Program-made: the position numbers and the translations under genes
Notes under the pieces: model-generated
Told to the model about the DNA's origin: nothing
Database searches by the model: none
The model's input: the letters and a program-made list of their open reading frames with translations, nothing else
In this document: positions 42,433 to 52,384 of the stretch, piece after piece
Layout: each line of letters starts with the position of its first letter
How positions within the stretch are numbered: position 1 is the first letter of the stretch
IMG/VR virus record: IMGVR_UViG_3300044769_000128
Location: 1 to 62,761 of that record
DNA from: a virus
DNA: 62,761 bases
Strand: one strand, 5' to 3'

Positions 42433-45400
42433 ATGGCTAATTACTATGTCGCCCCCGGCGGTGTTGACTCCAATCCAGGCACAAGCGTTGGCTCGCCATT
42501 TCGTACAGTACAAAAAGCCGCCGATGTTGCGGTCGCGGGAGATACTTGTTTTTTCCGAAATGGAACTTATGGAACTCTTACCCTGCCGCGAAGCGGCACT
42601 TCGGGTAACCCCATCACGTTTAAAAATTATCCGGGCGAATTTCCCGTCTTAAATTACACGGTAGATCCTGACAACCGGCCAAACCCGGAAGTGTTTGTAA
42701 TATACTTGGATGGCCATTCATGGATTGTCCTTGACGGTCTACGCACTACAGGCGGCTCGATTGGCATCCTGGTCTATCCCGGTGCGAACAACAATCAGAT
42801 TCTCAACTGCGAAGCCAGCGACTCGCTCGGCACCGGAATTATGGTTTATGGTGGGAGTAGCAACAACCTTATCCGAAACTGTAAATCTCACGATAACTGC
42901 AAATTAAACTGGCCACGGGGGGCAATTTACGCCAGAGGCGGTATATGGGGAGCGGGTATCACAGTTCAGTCGGGCGGCACTAATAATATCGTAGAGGATT
43001 GCTATGTTTACTGGAACCACGGCGAGGGGCTGTCAACGGGAGTTGGAACAACAAATTCGATCTTTCGCCGCAATGTGGTTGCCGACAACTGGAGCGTGAA
43101 CCTGTATGTGGATGGAGCAAACGATACCACCTTCGACAGCAATCTAGTTTACCTGACCAATGAAGCCAAAAGCTGGCCTACCGTTGATCCACAAGGGCGC
43201 AACAAGAGTAATGCGTTGGGCATCGGCGCTGCAATAGAACCAGATTCGGACTTTATTGCAGCATTATCCGGTCTAAGGATCACTAGGAACGTGGTCGTAA
43301 AGTGCGATTCGGGGATTTGGTCATTCCCCGAAGATCCCGGTCACGTATTCTCTGATTGGCTCATTGCTAATAACACGCTGATTAGAAATGGGGACGGCCT
43401 CAAACTACTCAATTCGGGTGCGGGTATTTCAAGCATCGCATTCCAGAATAATATCATTATTGAGGATTTGGCTAGTGCCAATTCGCAAATGCAGGCCAAT
43501 CCCCTGCCGACGAGTTCAACATTTAGTAATAATATTTTTTATGGAATTGATTCTTTTTACATTGGCGGAGTTCAATACGGGTATGTGTCAGCATCGTCCC
43601 AATTAGGCTTTACGAATTCCCGCTTTGGCGTGGAACCTGGCTTAGTAAACAAAAATTATATCCCGCCCCGATTTTGGAGCGATCCCTCTCTTTCTGCGCC
43701 TTCGGCTATCGTCGCGTTAGCTGATCTTGTCTCGAATTTCTACTTAACTTCTGGGAGTGTAGCCATTAGTTTTGGCGTCGATGTCGGCTTGCCCTTTGTC
43801 GGCACGCCAGATGCGGGGGCGTTTGAATTTGCCCCTTCCCCAGGGCCAGTTACCCTCACCGTCAAACAGAACGGCACCGGCAATTATACCACGATCGGCG
43901 CGGCGCTGGCCAATATCGGTTACGCCGTGGCGGGTGCTGGCGCTGATGATATCGTGGAAGTGTATAACGGCACCTACAATACTGAGCGAGTCGTCAACAA
44001 CAATCTGCCGAGCGGCACTTCTTGGTCGCATCCGTTCCACCTACGGGTGGCACCAGGCAACACCGCTATCCTTAGCTCTTTCACCGGATACAACCTGATC
44101 AATCTCGACGCGGGCACCGGCGGCCCGCTCTACGCGATTATTGAAGGGTTCACCATCGATGGGGCCGCTACCACGGTTAATGCAGGCTTGGTCGTCATCA
44201 GCGGGTCTAGTTACGTCAGACTTATAAACTGCGAGATTAAAAACGCGAATATCTTTGGCGAAGTGGATGTGTCCAATAATCACGTTTACATCGGGATAGG
44301 CTCGAATAGCCATCACATCGAGATTCTAAACAACCAAATTCACGGCGGCATTTCAGCGGGGCACGGCGTCTACAACGAAGGCAGCAACAACATCATTCAA
44401 GGGAATAACATTTACGATATTGGCGGATACGGAATCCATAATTACAGTAATGTGCCCGGCAACACGCCCAACAATAATCTTTTTGCCGAAAACACGGTTT
44501 ATAATTGCGGCACTGTCCGAGCGACTGCGGCCGGTATTTTGGTCGGCATCGGCAGCGGCAACCAATGCTTCAAAAATGTCAGCTATAACAATCTCGGTGC
44601 GGACCTAGACGGCGGCGTCGGCATCGCGGTTAGCGGCACCGGCGCGCAGATTTATAATAATACCTGTTACGGGAACAGTTGGTACGGGCTCGATCTGTCG
44701 GGCTCGACCAGCGCCATCGTCAGAAACAACATCGCGTATCTGAACGGCACGAACATCGAGACCGGCGGCTCGAGCGGACTCACGCAGTCCAATAATTTCA
44801 CCAGCAATCCGACGTTCGTCAATGTCGGCACCGGCGATTTTCACTTACAAGCGTCGAGTGCGGCGATCAACTTCGGCGTCAATGTCGGCTTGCCGTATAG
44901 CGGTTCGGCACCGGACGCGGGAGCGTTTGAGTATAGCGCTCCGGTGGTCCCGCCGACCGCGCCGACTCATCAGTACAACAACACGACGAAGTTCTACGAG
45001 CTATTGCTCGCCGACTCCTCCGTAGTCTCCTCGTCCGGTGTGCACTGCTTGCAGCCGGTCAACGGCCCCAACGGGTTTGTCACTTTCGTCAAGGCGGGAA
45101 ACGTCGCGCAAACAGTAGCGCGGAAAATATCGACGGGCGCTGAGTACATCAATTCGGAGCAGACCGCGGGTATAGGCGGCGGCTATAATCGGTGGGCCAA
45201 CGACGGCTCGCGCTACATCATCGGCGCGCGGCGGGTGACTCATGGCAAGCAATTTTTCTATCGCGACTTGGTGGCGTATATCTTCGACACCCAGGCGCCG
45301 GAGAAGTGGCTGAACTTCGCTACGCTTGGGCGACCGACCCTGGATATTTTCCGAGCGGTTGGAGCAGGGCAAAAACCTTTGGCGCTCTGGGTCAAGAACG

Positions 45401-45660
45401 GCAATCAAGTCACCGGCTTTGAAAATAGCGATCCTCTGGGCATCGTCCGGCGCTTTACTTTCATCAGCGCGACCCTGATCGATTTCGTCCTTGAGCAACG
45501 TATCGGAGACAACGACGGCAACATCACGGCGGCATTTGTCCGGTGCCAGCGCCAATTCACGCTCGCCACCGGGGCGATGAGCGCGATCAGCATCGTGGCG
45601 ACACACACCGTCAACGCGGCGATCCCGACAGCGCCCGCCTGGCTCTACGTGGCAACCTGA
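42433..45660 (+). CDS. Tail spike/fibre with two tandem right-handed beta-helix (pectate-lyase-like) modules
   Basis: YYVAPGGVDSNPGTSVGSPFRTVQKA start. Repeated NN-I-x-xN rungs. Each module ends in the PDAGAFE(F/Y) motif. The second module starts TLTVKQNGTGNYTTIGAAL. Confidence 0.8.
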   Translation: MANYYVAPGGVDSNPGTSVGSPFRTVQKAADVAVAGDTCFFRNGTYGTLTLPRSGTSGNPITFKNYPGEFPVLNYTVDPDNRPNPEVFVIYLDGHSWIVLDGLRTTGGSIGILVYPGANNNQILNCEASDSLGTGIMVYGGSSNNLIRNCKSHDNCKLNWPRGAIYARGGIWGAGITVQSGGTNNIVEDCYVYWNHGEGLSTGVGTTNSIFRRNVVADNWSVNLYVDGANDTTFDSNLVYLTNEAKSWPTVDPQGRNKSNALGIGAAIEPDSDFIAALSGLRITRNVVVKCDSGIWSFPEDPGHVFSDWLIANNTLIRNGDGLKLLNSGAGISSIAFQNNIIIEDLASANSQMQANPLPTSSTFSNNIFYGIDSFYIGGVQYGYVSASSQLGFTNSRFGVEPGLVNKNYIPPRFWSDPSLSAPSAIVALADLVSNFYLTSGSVAISFGVDVGLPFVGTPDAGAFEFAPSPGPVTLTVKQNGTGNYTTIGAALANIGYAVAGAGADDIVEVYNGTYNTERVVNNNLPSGTSWSHPFHLRVAPGNTAILSSFTGYNLINLDAGTGGPLYAIIEGFTIDGAATTVNAGLVVISGSSYVRLINCEIKNANIFGEVDVSNNHVYIGIGSNSHHIEILNNQIHGGISAGHGVYNEGSNNIIQGNNIYDIGGYGIHNYSNVPGNTPNNNLFAENTVYNCGTVRATAAGILVGIGSGNQCFKNVSYNNLGADLDGGVGIAVSGTGAQIYNNTCYGNSWYGLDLSGSTSAIVRNNIAYLNGTNIETGGSSGLTQSNNFTSNPTFVNVGTGDFHLQASSAAINFGVNVGLPYSGSAPDAGAFEYSAPVVPPTAPTHQYNNTTKFYELLLADSSVVSSSGVHCLQPVNGPNGFVTFVKAGNVAQTVARKISTGAEYINSEQTAGIGGGYNRWANDGSRYIIGARRVTHGKQFFYRDLVAYIFDTQAPEKWLNFATLGRPTLDIFRAVGAGQKPLALWVKNGNQVTGFENSDPLGIVRRFTFISATLIDFVLEQRIGDNDGNITAAFVRCQRQFTLATGAMSAISIVATHTVNAAIPTAPAWLYVAT

Positions 45661-47132
45661 TGGCGTTCCAACTCCAATCACAAAACGATTTCGAGAATAG
45701 CGGTCTTTACGGCGGCTCCGTCCAAGACTTAAACGATATTGTTTTCGACCGGCAGAGTTACACCGCCACGTATCCGGGGCTGCGGAGTTTTACGTCGATA
45801 TACTTCGTGCCGTTCGGTGGCATGACCGTCGGCTCGCCCGCGACTTCCTTCGTCATTGATGTCACCGCGCAGCAGATTTTTATGATCCGCGGCGGCAACA
45901 TGAAGATCATCGCGGGGATGTACGGATTTACCGGCTACCGGGACGGCACCGGCAGCCAAGCGCTGTTAGGCATGGGAGGTTTTCAGGAAGCGTATGGGTA
46001 CTGCGTTGACTCGCTGGGCGCGCTCTATGTCACCGACACCAAGAACGGCAAGATTCGCAAGCTCGTCGAGCAGGGTAACGGCACCTGGACGGTATCGACC
46101 TACGCGACTTACAGCACCACTGCCATCGCCTGTGACGCCGCCGATAATATCTGGACCACCAGCGGCTCGACTCTGATCAAGATTTTTCCCGGCGGCGCGA
46201 CGCAAACCTATCAGACCGGCATCAGCAACATCAATCAGATCGCCATGCTGGCCAACGGCCATATCCTGATCGTCACTCGCGCGAACGCCTGGGATGCCAT
46301 TTACGATTTTAATCCCGCCAATAGCTTAGTCATTCGCCGCGCCGGCATGACCGAAGCGGAAGTCAACAATTTTTTCGCCACCAACGGGTTTATCCTCGTC
46401 GACGGCCCGGCAATCAATGGGGCGACGTATCACAGCCCCCAGTTCGCTTATTGGAACGCCGACGGCACGGAAATCTGGATGGGCGGTGGCGACGAGCGTC
46501 AGCTGCGACGCTATCTCGCGTCTACCGGGCGGGTCGATTCGCTATTTCCCGACGGCGCTTTTTACGAAACTCAGGTTCGAATCGGCGGCTCTACCAACGA
46601 CAATCCAAGCCTGCCCTTTTATATGGTCTCGCCCGGCGGCAAACAGGCTAACGGCTATCCGTGGGACTTCGGCCGCTCCGGTGCCATCACCGCAGCGCTG
46701 AAAGTCGTTCCGGTCGATATCGGCGACCCCGCGCTGTTCAACGGCGCTTCATTCATCAGCCAAACGATTCCCACGACCATGGTGGCCGATCAGCAGTATC
46801 CGGTGACCGTGACGATGCGAAACACCGGATCGACGACTTGGACTCCGGCGACCGACTACCGGCTGGGCACGCAGAATCCCCAGGACAACACCACCTGGCT
46901 CAATACCAATCGCGTGTTCATGGCGGCGGGAACCTCCGCCGCGCCAAATACCAATTACACGTTTAGCTTCACCGTGCGCGCGCCGACCGCAGCGGGCAAT
47001 TACAATATGCAGTTCAAGATGGTGCGCGAAGCGGTGGAGTGGTTCGGTGCGCTCTCGGCCAACGCCGTCGTCGCGGTGGCGGCACCGCAGTCCGGCGCAT
47101 TGATCCCCGTAACCGTGCAGATCAGGCTCTAA
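45660..47132 (+). CDS. Tail-fibre-associated protein: NHL/beta-propeller-like region plus C-terminal Ig-like module
   Basis: LYVTDTKNGKIRKL-type blades. The C-terminal ~115 aa is homologous to two modules in the next gene. Confidence 0.65.
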   Translation: MAFQLQSQNDFENSGLYGGSVQDLNDIVFDRQSYTATYPGLRSFTSIYFVPFGGMTVGSPATSFVIDVTAQQIFMIRGGNMKIIAGMYGFTGYRDGTGSQALLGMGGFQEAYGYCVDSLGALYVTDTKNGKIRKLVEQGNGTWTVSTYATYSTTAIACDAADNIWTTSGSTLIKIFPGGATQTYQTGISNINQIAMLANGHILIVTRANAWDAIYDFNPANSLVIRRAGMTEAEVNNFFATNGFILVDGPAINGATYHSPQFAYWNADGTEIWMGGGDERQLRRYLASTGRVDSLFPDGAFYETQVRIGGSTNDNPSLPFYMVSPGGKQANGYPWDFGRSGAITAALKVVPVDIGDPALFNGASFISQTIPTTMVADQQYPVTVTMRNTGSTTWTPATDYRLGTQNPQDNTTWLNTNRVFMAAGTSAAPNTNYTFSFTVRAPTAAGNYNMQFKMVREAVEWFGALSANAVVAVAAPQSGALIPVTVQIRL

Positions 47133-50100
47133 TGGCAACTTACCCAATCCAACTGTCACAGCCGTTTCGCCAAGGCGATGCTATCTCGCCGGTGTGTGCC
47201 ATTGCGGGCGTCGCCATCCCGACCCAGACCAATATCCTTTGCCGATGGCCCGACGGCTCGGTGAAGCTCGCGGTGTTCACGGTGATCTTGACCGGCAACG
47301 CTGGCGAGCTCGTCACCCTGCAATTCAAGGAAGGCACGCCGCTCGGCACCACGCCGGGAACGTCGATCAGCTTCGATGCGTCGATGGAAATCTTAGGCGT
47401 GCAGCGATTCAAGAGCGCGCTTCCCGCCACGGTTTATATCAGCGGGCCGCTGGCGACGACTTACATTCATGCCGATCATACCGGAGCGAACGATCTTCAG
47501 GGCATCAGCCCGACCAAGTGCCGGCCGATCTTTCACGTCACCCATTGGCACACGCAGAATAAAGTCAAAATCCGCTTCATTGGCGAATGCACCAATATCG
47601 CGGCTATGGGTCAATGCGGCCTCGGCGACATCGCGACTCCCATGCGGCTAAGAATCAACGGCGTGGAAGTGTATTCGCTCTCGGGCCGCCAATGGTTCGA
47701 TCAGATGATGGCCTACGCTTCGCGCTTCACGCGGGTGTTTTGGTTAAACGGCGCTCCGACAGCACCCGCGGCGATCAAGCACAACGTCGCCTATATCGGT
47801 CAGACCGGCGCGTCGCATACCTTCGATCACACGGTTGTCGTTTCGGAAGCCGCCGTGGCGTCCATGTATACGCAATGGACCAACGTCGTCGCGGCTGGCA
47901 ATCACCAAATCTTGAAACCCGGCCTGTGGGTCAAGCCCATGGGCAACGCGGGCGGCAGCGATTACGTCGGCCCGTGGACCACCTGGGTCATGCTTTGGCT
48001 CTACACCGGCGACCGGCGCATGCTCGAAGTGTGCGAGGGCCAAGCCAATCTCGGCTGTCAATGGCCGATGCACTACCGCGAGAACGGCGCTGCGGGCGAT
48101 TTCTACTCGGTAGAAAACCATACCTCGTGCCAACTGTTAAACATCGCGTCGAACTTGGCACGCAGCGGCGTGACCGCCGTCGACGATCTCGATAGCTGGG
48201 GCTGGAATCCTGATACCTCCCATCAGCCAGACCACTACTTTGGGATGTATTTATTGCTCGCGCATGAATTCTTCTATTTTGAGCAAGCTGCGTTTTGGGC
48301 GTCGTGGTCGACAGCCTTCTACAATCATGCGGGCATCACCGCTGAATTCGGCTGCGGTCCCACCGGCGCTGAGGGCGGCATCCCTGGACTTAACTCGCTG
48401 ACGATCAGAGGCCAAGCGTGGGTGTTTCGCTCGCGCTGCGAAGTGGCGGCCTACTGCCCGGACGCGCGCCTCGCCGAGAAAAACTATTTCAACCGCATGG
48501 CGATCGACGCCATCGAGATTTGGGAAGGTGAGCGCAACATCACCACCACGCCGTATAACGGGAGCGCCAACTGGAATTGGGGCCGCTCCATCACGCCGTC
48601 GGAGCACCCGCTGCGCTACTGGCAACACGGCAACGGTAATTTTATTCAGAATCCCAACGGCACGGCCAACGGTGACGTGGATCCGTCGCGGGCGAGCGCG
48701 GGCTTGAGCACTTGGGAGCAGAACTTTTTGGCGCTGGCTTTGATCCGCGGGCTGGAACTCGGCTTTGCCACCGGCGCGCTGATCGCTTGGCTGTCGTACA
48801 ATATCCAAGGACAACAAGAAAACTTAACTTGGAATATCGCTTCGAACCGTTCACCGACGCGCGACCCGTCCGGCAACTTCTTTACCACCTGGGCCGATGT
48901 GCTGGCCTGCTACGACGTCACCTGGGCGGCCAACGAGGGCATCGATTACGACGCGCTGTTTTTGGCGAAAGTCAGCGACTTAAATCACGGCTATACCAAT
49001 ATTGCGCGAGCAGCTGCGAGAGCGATGAACGTCGAATCCGCATGGATGGCGACCAACGGCTTGCCGGATTACACAACCAATCCCAAGTGGGCGATCAAGC
49101 TCCGGCTCATCGCACCGCCGCCACCGCCTGATCCACCGCCGCCACCCGAGGAGCCTCCTCCACCCCCGCCGCCGCCGACTCCGTCCAATAACGCAGCGGC
49201 GTATGTGACGCAACTGAATGTCCCGATCACGATGACGCTGGGGCAAGTGGTTTCGGTGACGATCCGCATGCAGAACATCGGCGATACGACTTGGAGCGAG
49301 GCGTCGCTGTATCGACTTTGCAGTATGAACCCCATCGATAATACGACTTGGACCGCGCCGCTGAATCGGGTTTCTATCGTCGGCACGGTTGCGCCGAATG
49401 CGACTTATGATTTTGTTTTCAACATGACCGCGCCCGCGGTAGCCGGTACGTACAACTTCCAATGGCAGATGGTGCAGGAGTTGGTCGAGCGCTTCGGCCA
49501 ACTCACGCAGAACGTCGCCGTCGTGGTCGCGCCGCCGGAACCGCCGCCGCCGACGCCGCTGCTTAATGGGGCGCAATATATCATTCAGACCGATGTGCCA
49601 ATGACGATGACGGTGGGCGATGCGGCGCTGGTGTCGATCACCATGAAGAACACCGGCGATACCGATTGGAACACCGTGGGCGGATACCATCTCGGCAGCC
49701 AAAATCCCCAGGACAATTTCACCTGGGGCGTTCACCGCGCGGAGATCACCGGCACAGTGGCGCCGAACGCAAGCTACACGTTTACGTTTCAGATCACCGC
49801 GCCGGCGACCCCTGGCACCTATAACTTTCAATGGAAGATGGTCCAGGACTTCGTCGAGTGGTTCGGCAACTTTACCCAAAACGTCGCCATCGTGGCTATT
49901 CCCGTTACAGTGATGACGACCTACTACGTGGCGACCACGGGCAACAATGCAAATCCCGGCACGATCGGTCAGCCATTCCTTACACTTCAGAAAGCGCACG
50001 ACATCGCCAATCCCGGCGATACGATCTACATGCGCGGCGGGACTTATCTAATGCCGACGCAAACATCGATCACTAGAAGCGGCAGTAGTGGAAGCCGTAT

Positions 50101-51127
50101 TAGTGTTTTCAACTATCCCAGCGAAGTTCCAATCTTGGATGGATCTTCTAATCCAAATACAGGCGGTCATTCAATTATTCGGGTGAACACCAGCGTATCG
50201 TGGTGGCACTTCAAGGGGCTAGAGGTCAAAAGCAGCCCCGGATACGGCTTTTATTTGGTTGGGAATGCAAGCAACATTATCATCGAGAACTGCAATGTTC
50301 ACCATAACCTTCGATTAGACAATAGCGGCGGAGGTATTCAGATAGAGTTTGGCAGTAACATTCTGATATTGAACAACGATTTGCATCACAACGGCCACGC
50401 TGGATCCGAGGGTGGAAGTGGAAGCGACATAGGTTCGCAACTGACCGGAAACGTCTTTCGCGGTAATCGTGCATGGCGCAACAACGACAACGGCATGGCT
50501 TTTTTTGATGCCGCGAATGTTTTGATCGAGAATAATTGGGTATGGGAGAACGGCTACAACGATGCTTTGGTCAACATACCACCCGGTGATGGCGTTGGGT
50601 TTAAGTTAGGCGGCAGCGGTACGGGCGACGGTAATCACATAGTACGGAATAACTTGGCGTGGAGAAATTATGGGAATGCGTTTGATGCTAACAGCGCAAA
50701 CTTACCCATGAATGTTTTTAACAATACAGCTTATGATAATGGCGGCGCTAACTTTCATTTCTTTAATGGAACCGTCGCCTATGTTCTGAAGAATAATCTA
50801 TCATTTGCTCCGGGGGTCATAAGTATCGGCCCATCTACGCTCGCCACGTTTAATTCGTGGAATTTGTCCGTAACTGTTAATTCAGCAGATTTCACTACCC
50901 TAGATTTCACCGCCAACCTTGGCGCACGAAATGCCGATGGCTCATTGCCGGTTAGCGACTTCCTCAAACTCGCCTCTGGCAGCGACCTTATCGACAAGGG
51001 TACAGATGTTGGCATCGCTTATACCGGCATTGCGCCCGATCTTGGAGCCTACGAACACGACTTCGTCGCGCCGCCTCAGCCGCCAACGGTTCCCGATCCG
51101 CCGTCAAGCTTAACGGTCACAATGTAA
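47132..51127 (+). CDS. Large tail fibre/spike (1331 aa): unknown N-terminal domain, poly-Pro linker, two Ig-like modules, C-terminal beta-helix module
   Basis: PPPPPDPPPPPEEPPPPPPPPTP linker. TYYVATTGNNANPGTIGQPFLTLQKA beta-helix start. Ends in the PDLGAYEH motif, then PPSSLTVTM. Confidence 0.8.
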   Translation: MATYPIQLSQPFRQGDAISPVCAIAGVAIPTQTNILCRWPDGSVKLAVFTVILTGNAGELVTLQFKEGTPLGTTPGTSISFDASMEILGVQRFKSALPATVYISGPLATTYIHADHTGANDLQGISPTKCRPIFHVTHWHTQNKVKIRFIGECTNIAAMGQCGLGDIATPMRLRINGVEVYSLSGRQWFDQMMAYASRFTRVFWLNGAPTAPAAIKHNVAYIGQTGASHTFDHTVVVSEAAVASMYTQWTNVVAAGNHQILKPGLWVKPMGNAGGSDYVGPWTTWVMLWLYTGDRRMLEVCEGQANLGCQWPMHYRENGAAGDFYSVENHTSCQLLNIASNLARSGVTAVDDLDSWGWNPDTSHQPDHYFGMYLLLAHEFFYFEQAAFWASWSTAFYNHAGITAEFGCGPTGAEGGIPGLNSLTIRGQAWVFRSRCEVAAYCPDARLAEKNYFNRMAIDAIEIWEGERNITTTPYNGSANWNWGRSITPSEHPLRYWQHGNGNFIQNPNGTANGDVDPSRASAGLSTWEQNFLALALIRGLELGFATGALIAWLSYNIQGQQENLTWNIASNRSPTRDPSGNFFTTWADVLACYDVTWAANEGIDYDALFLAKVSDLNHGYTNIARAAARAMNVESAWMATNGLPDYTTNPKWAIKLRLIAPPPPPDPPPPPEEPPPPPPPPTPSNNAAAYVTQLNVPITMTLGQVVSVTIRMQNIGDTTWSEASLYRLCSMNPIDNTTWTAPLNRVSIVGTVAPNATYDFVFNMTAPAVAGTYNFQWQMVQELVERFGQLTQNVAVVVAPPEPPPPTPLLNGAQYIIQTDVPMTMTVGDAALVSITMKNTGDTDWNTVGGYHLGSQNPQDNFTWGVHRAEITGTVAPNASYTFTFQITAPATPGTYNFQWKMVQDFVEWFGNFTQNVAIVAIPVTVMTTYYVATTGNNANPGTIGQPFLTLQKAHDIANPGDTIYMRGGTYLMPTQTSITRSGSSGSRISVFNYPSEVPILDGSSNPNTGGHSIIRVNTSVSWWHFKGLEVKSSPGYGFYLVGNASNIIIENCNVHHNLRLDNSGGGIQIEFGSNILILNNDLHHNGHAGSEGGSGSDIGSQLTGNVFRGNRAWRNNDNGMAFFDAANVLIENNWVWENGYNDALVNIPPGDGVGFKLGGSGTGDGNHIVRNNLAWRNYGNAFDANSANLPMNVFNNTAYDNGGANFHFFNGTVAYVLKNNLSFAPGVISIGPSTLATFNSWNLSVTVNSADFTTLDFTANLGARNADGSLPVSDFLKLASGSDLIDKGTDVGIAYTGIAPDLGAYEHDFVAPPQPPTVPDPPSSLTVTM

Positions 51128-51137
51128 GGAGAAAGTT

Positions 51138-51434
51138 ATGGCAGTCAACGTTACCTGGAAGGACAATTCGAACAATGAAGCGGGCTTCGTCTTGGAGCGC
51201 CAGTTAAACGGCGACCCTTTCTCGGTTATCGCGCAGAGCCTTCCCGCCGGCACGATTTCCTACGAGGATACAACGGCGACCGGCTCGACCGAGGGGGACA
51301 ATGTTTACACGTATCGGGTCAAGGCGTTCAACACCGCGGGGGCATCGGAATACTCCAACGTGAGCAGCGTCACCATTCCGCAGATCGTGACGATTCCGAA
51401 TGCGCCGAGTGATTTAACGGCAACGGCCCTTTGA
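51138..51434 (+). CDS. Stand-alone fibronectin type III domain protein
   Basis: AAGGAG RBS. VTWKDNSNNEAGFVLER...YTYRVKAFNTAGASEYS. Ends at a TGA followed by C. Confidence 0.7.
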   Translation: MAVNVTWKDNSNNEAGFVLERQLNGDPFSVIAQSLPAGTISYEDTTATGSTEGDNVYTYRVKAFNTAGASEYSNVSSVTIPQIVTIPNAPSDLTATAL

Positions 51435-51449
51435 CCCAATGAGATAAAG

Positions 51450-51665
51450 TTGTCCTGGCGGGACAACTCTGAAAACGAGATCGGCTTCGAGGTCGAGCGA
51501 ACCGCCAATGGTGTAATCAAACTGTTACAGCAATATGCCGATCAGACCACGCTCGTCGATACCGGGCTTAAAAAAAACACCTGGCACTACTACCGAATCC
51601 GTGCCCTCGGCGTGGCGGGACCGTCGCCGTGGACTAACAAGGTGAGGGTGAGAACGCTACGCTAA
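51450..51665 (+). CDS. Second FN3 domain, in frame with 51138..51434 across one TGA (read-through extension or fragment)
   Basis: LSWRDNSENEIGFEVER...YYRIRALGVAGPSPWT. Only a TTG with weak SD is available as its own start. Confidence 0.5.
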   Translation: MSWRDNSENEIGFEVERTANGVIKLLQQYADQTTLVDTGLKKNTWHYYRIRALGVAGPSPWTNKVRVRTLR

Positions 51666-51674
51666 AGGACATAA

Positions 51675-52013
51675 ATGGATTTTTTTACTTCGCTCTTATG
51701 GGCCGCCGAAAAGGTCGACCCGAACCTGGTCGCAAACATCGGTCAGAAAGCAGCCGACGATGCCGAGATCGCGGCCCGCTACGCGCTTTATTCCTTGATC
51801 GTGCAGTCGGTGGTGCCGATCGCAACTGCGTGGATCGCGTTCAAGCAAGTGCAGTTGAACCGCACGATGAGTCACGTCGAGCACAATACCAACTCGATCA
51901 AAGACGAACTGGTTGCGCAGGCGCTTCAGCTTGGAAAAACCGAGGGTAATTTAGAGGGACGAGCCGAACAAACTGCCGAGAGGCAAAGAGAGAAGGTTTC
52001 AAAAGGAGGATAG
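51675..52013 (+). CDS. Membrane-anchored coiled-coil protein (lysis-cluster candidate)
   Basis: One TM (YALYSLIVQSVVPIATAWIAF), then a charged helix. Confidence 0.5.
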   Translation: MDFFTSLLWAAEKVDPNLVANIGQKAADDAEIAARYALYSLIVQSVVPIATAWIAFKQVQLNRTMSHVEHNTNSIKDELVAQALQLGKTEGNLEGRAEQTAERQREKVSKGG

Positions 52014-52014
52014 A

Positions 52015-52200
52015 ATGGTATTCCCCATAGTTTCGATTTTAGTCGCGCTGATCCTAATCGCGCTGATCTGGTGGGTGATCGATCAGTTGGTGACCGACGA
52101 ATTTATAAGAAAAATCGCCAGGGTCGTGATGGTGGTTTTGTGTGTTTTATATATCGTGAGCCTGATTAGCGGCGTCGGGCCGGCGATCAGTTTTAGGTAG
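52015..52200 (+). CDS. Holin-like two-TM small protein
   Basis: 61 aa with two hydrophobic helices. Called on position and topology only. Confidence 0.5.
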   Translation: MVFPIVSILVALILIALIWWVIDQLVTDEFIRKIARVVMVVLCVLYIVSLISGVGPAISFR

Positions 52201-52279
52201 GTATTGGGGTGGCACGTCACACTCGCAAGGTGTTGTCGAGTAAAAGGTGGCGTGCCCGCCCCAACTTTTTGGAGGCACT

Positions 52280-52384
52280 ATGGATTGGTCCAACGTGCTG
52301 TTGTTTATCATGCAGGTGGCATTGATCGGACTCATGGGCTGCGGCGTGGTATTTATCGCGCTGCTCCTGGCTGGCCATGGATAA
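52280..52384 (+). CDS. Possible 34-aa single-TM peptide
   Basis: GGAGG RBS. MDWSNVLLFIMQVALIGLMGCGVVFIALLLAGHG. Confidence 0.4.
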   Translation: MDWSNVLLFIMQVALIGLMGCGVVFIALLLAGHG

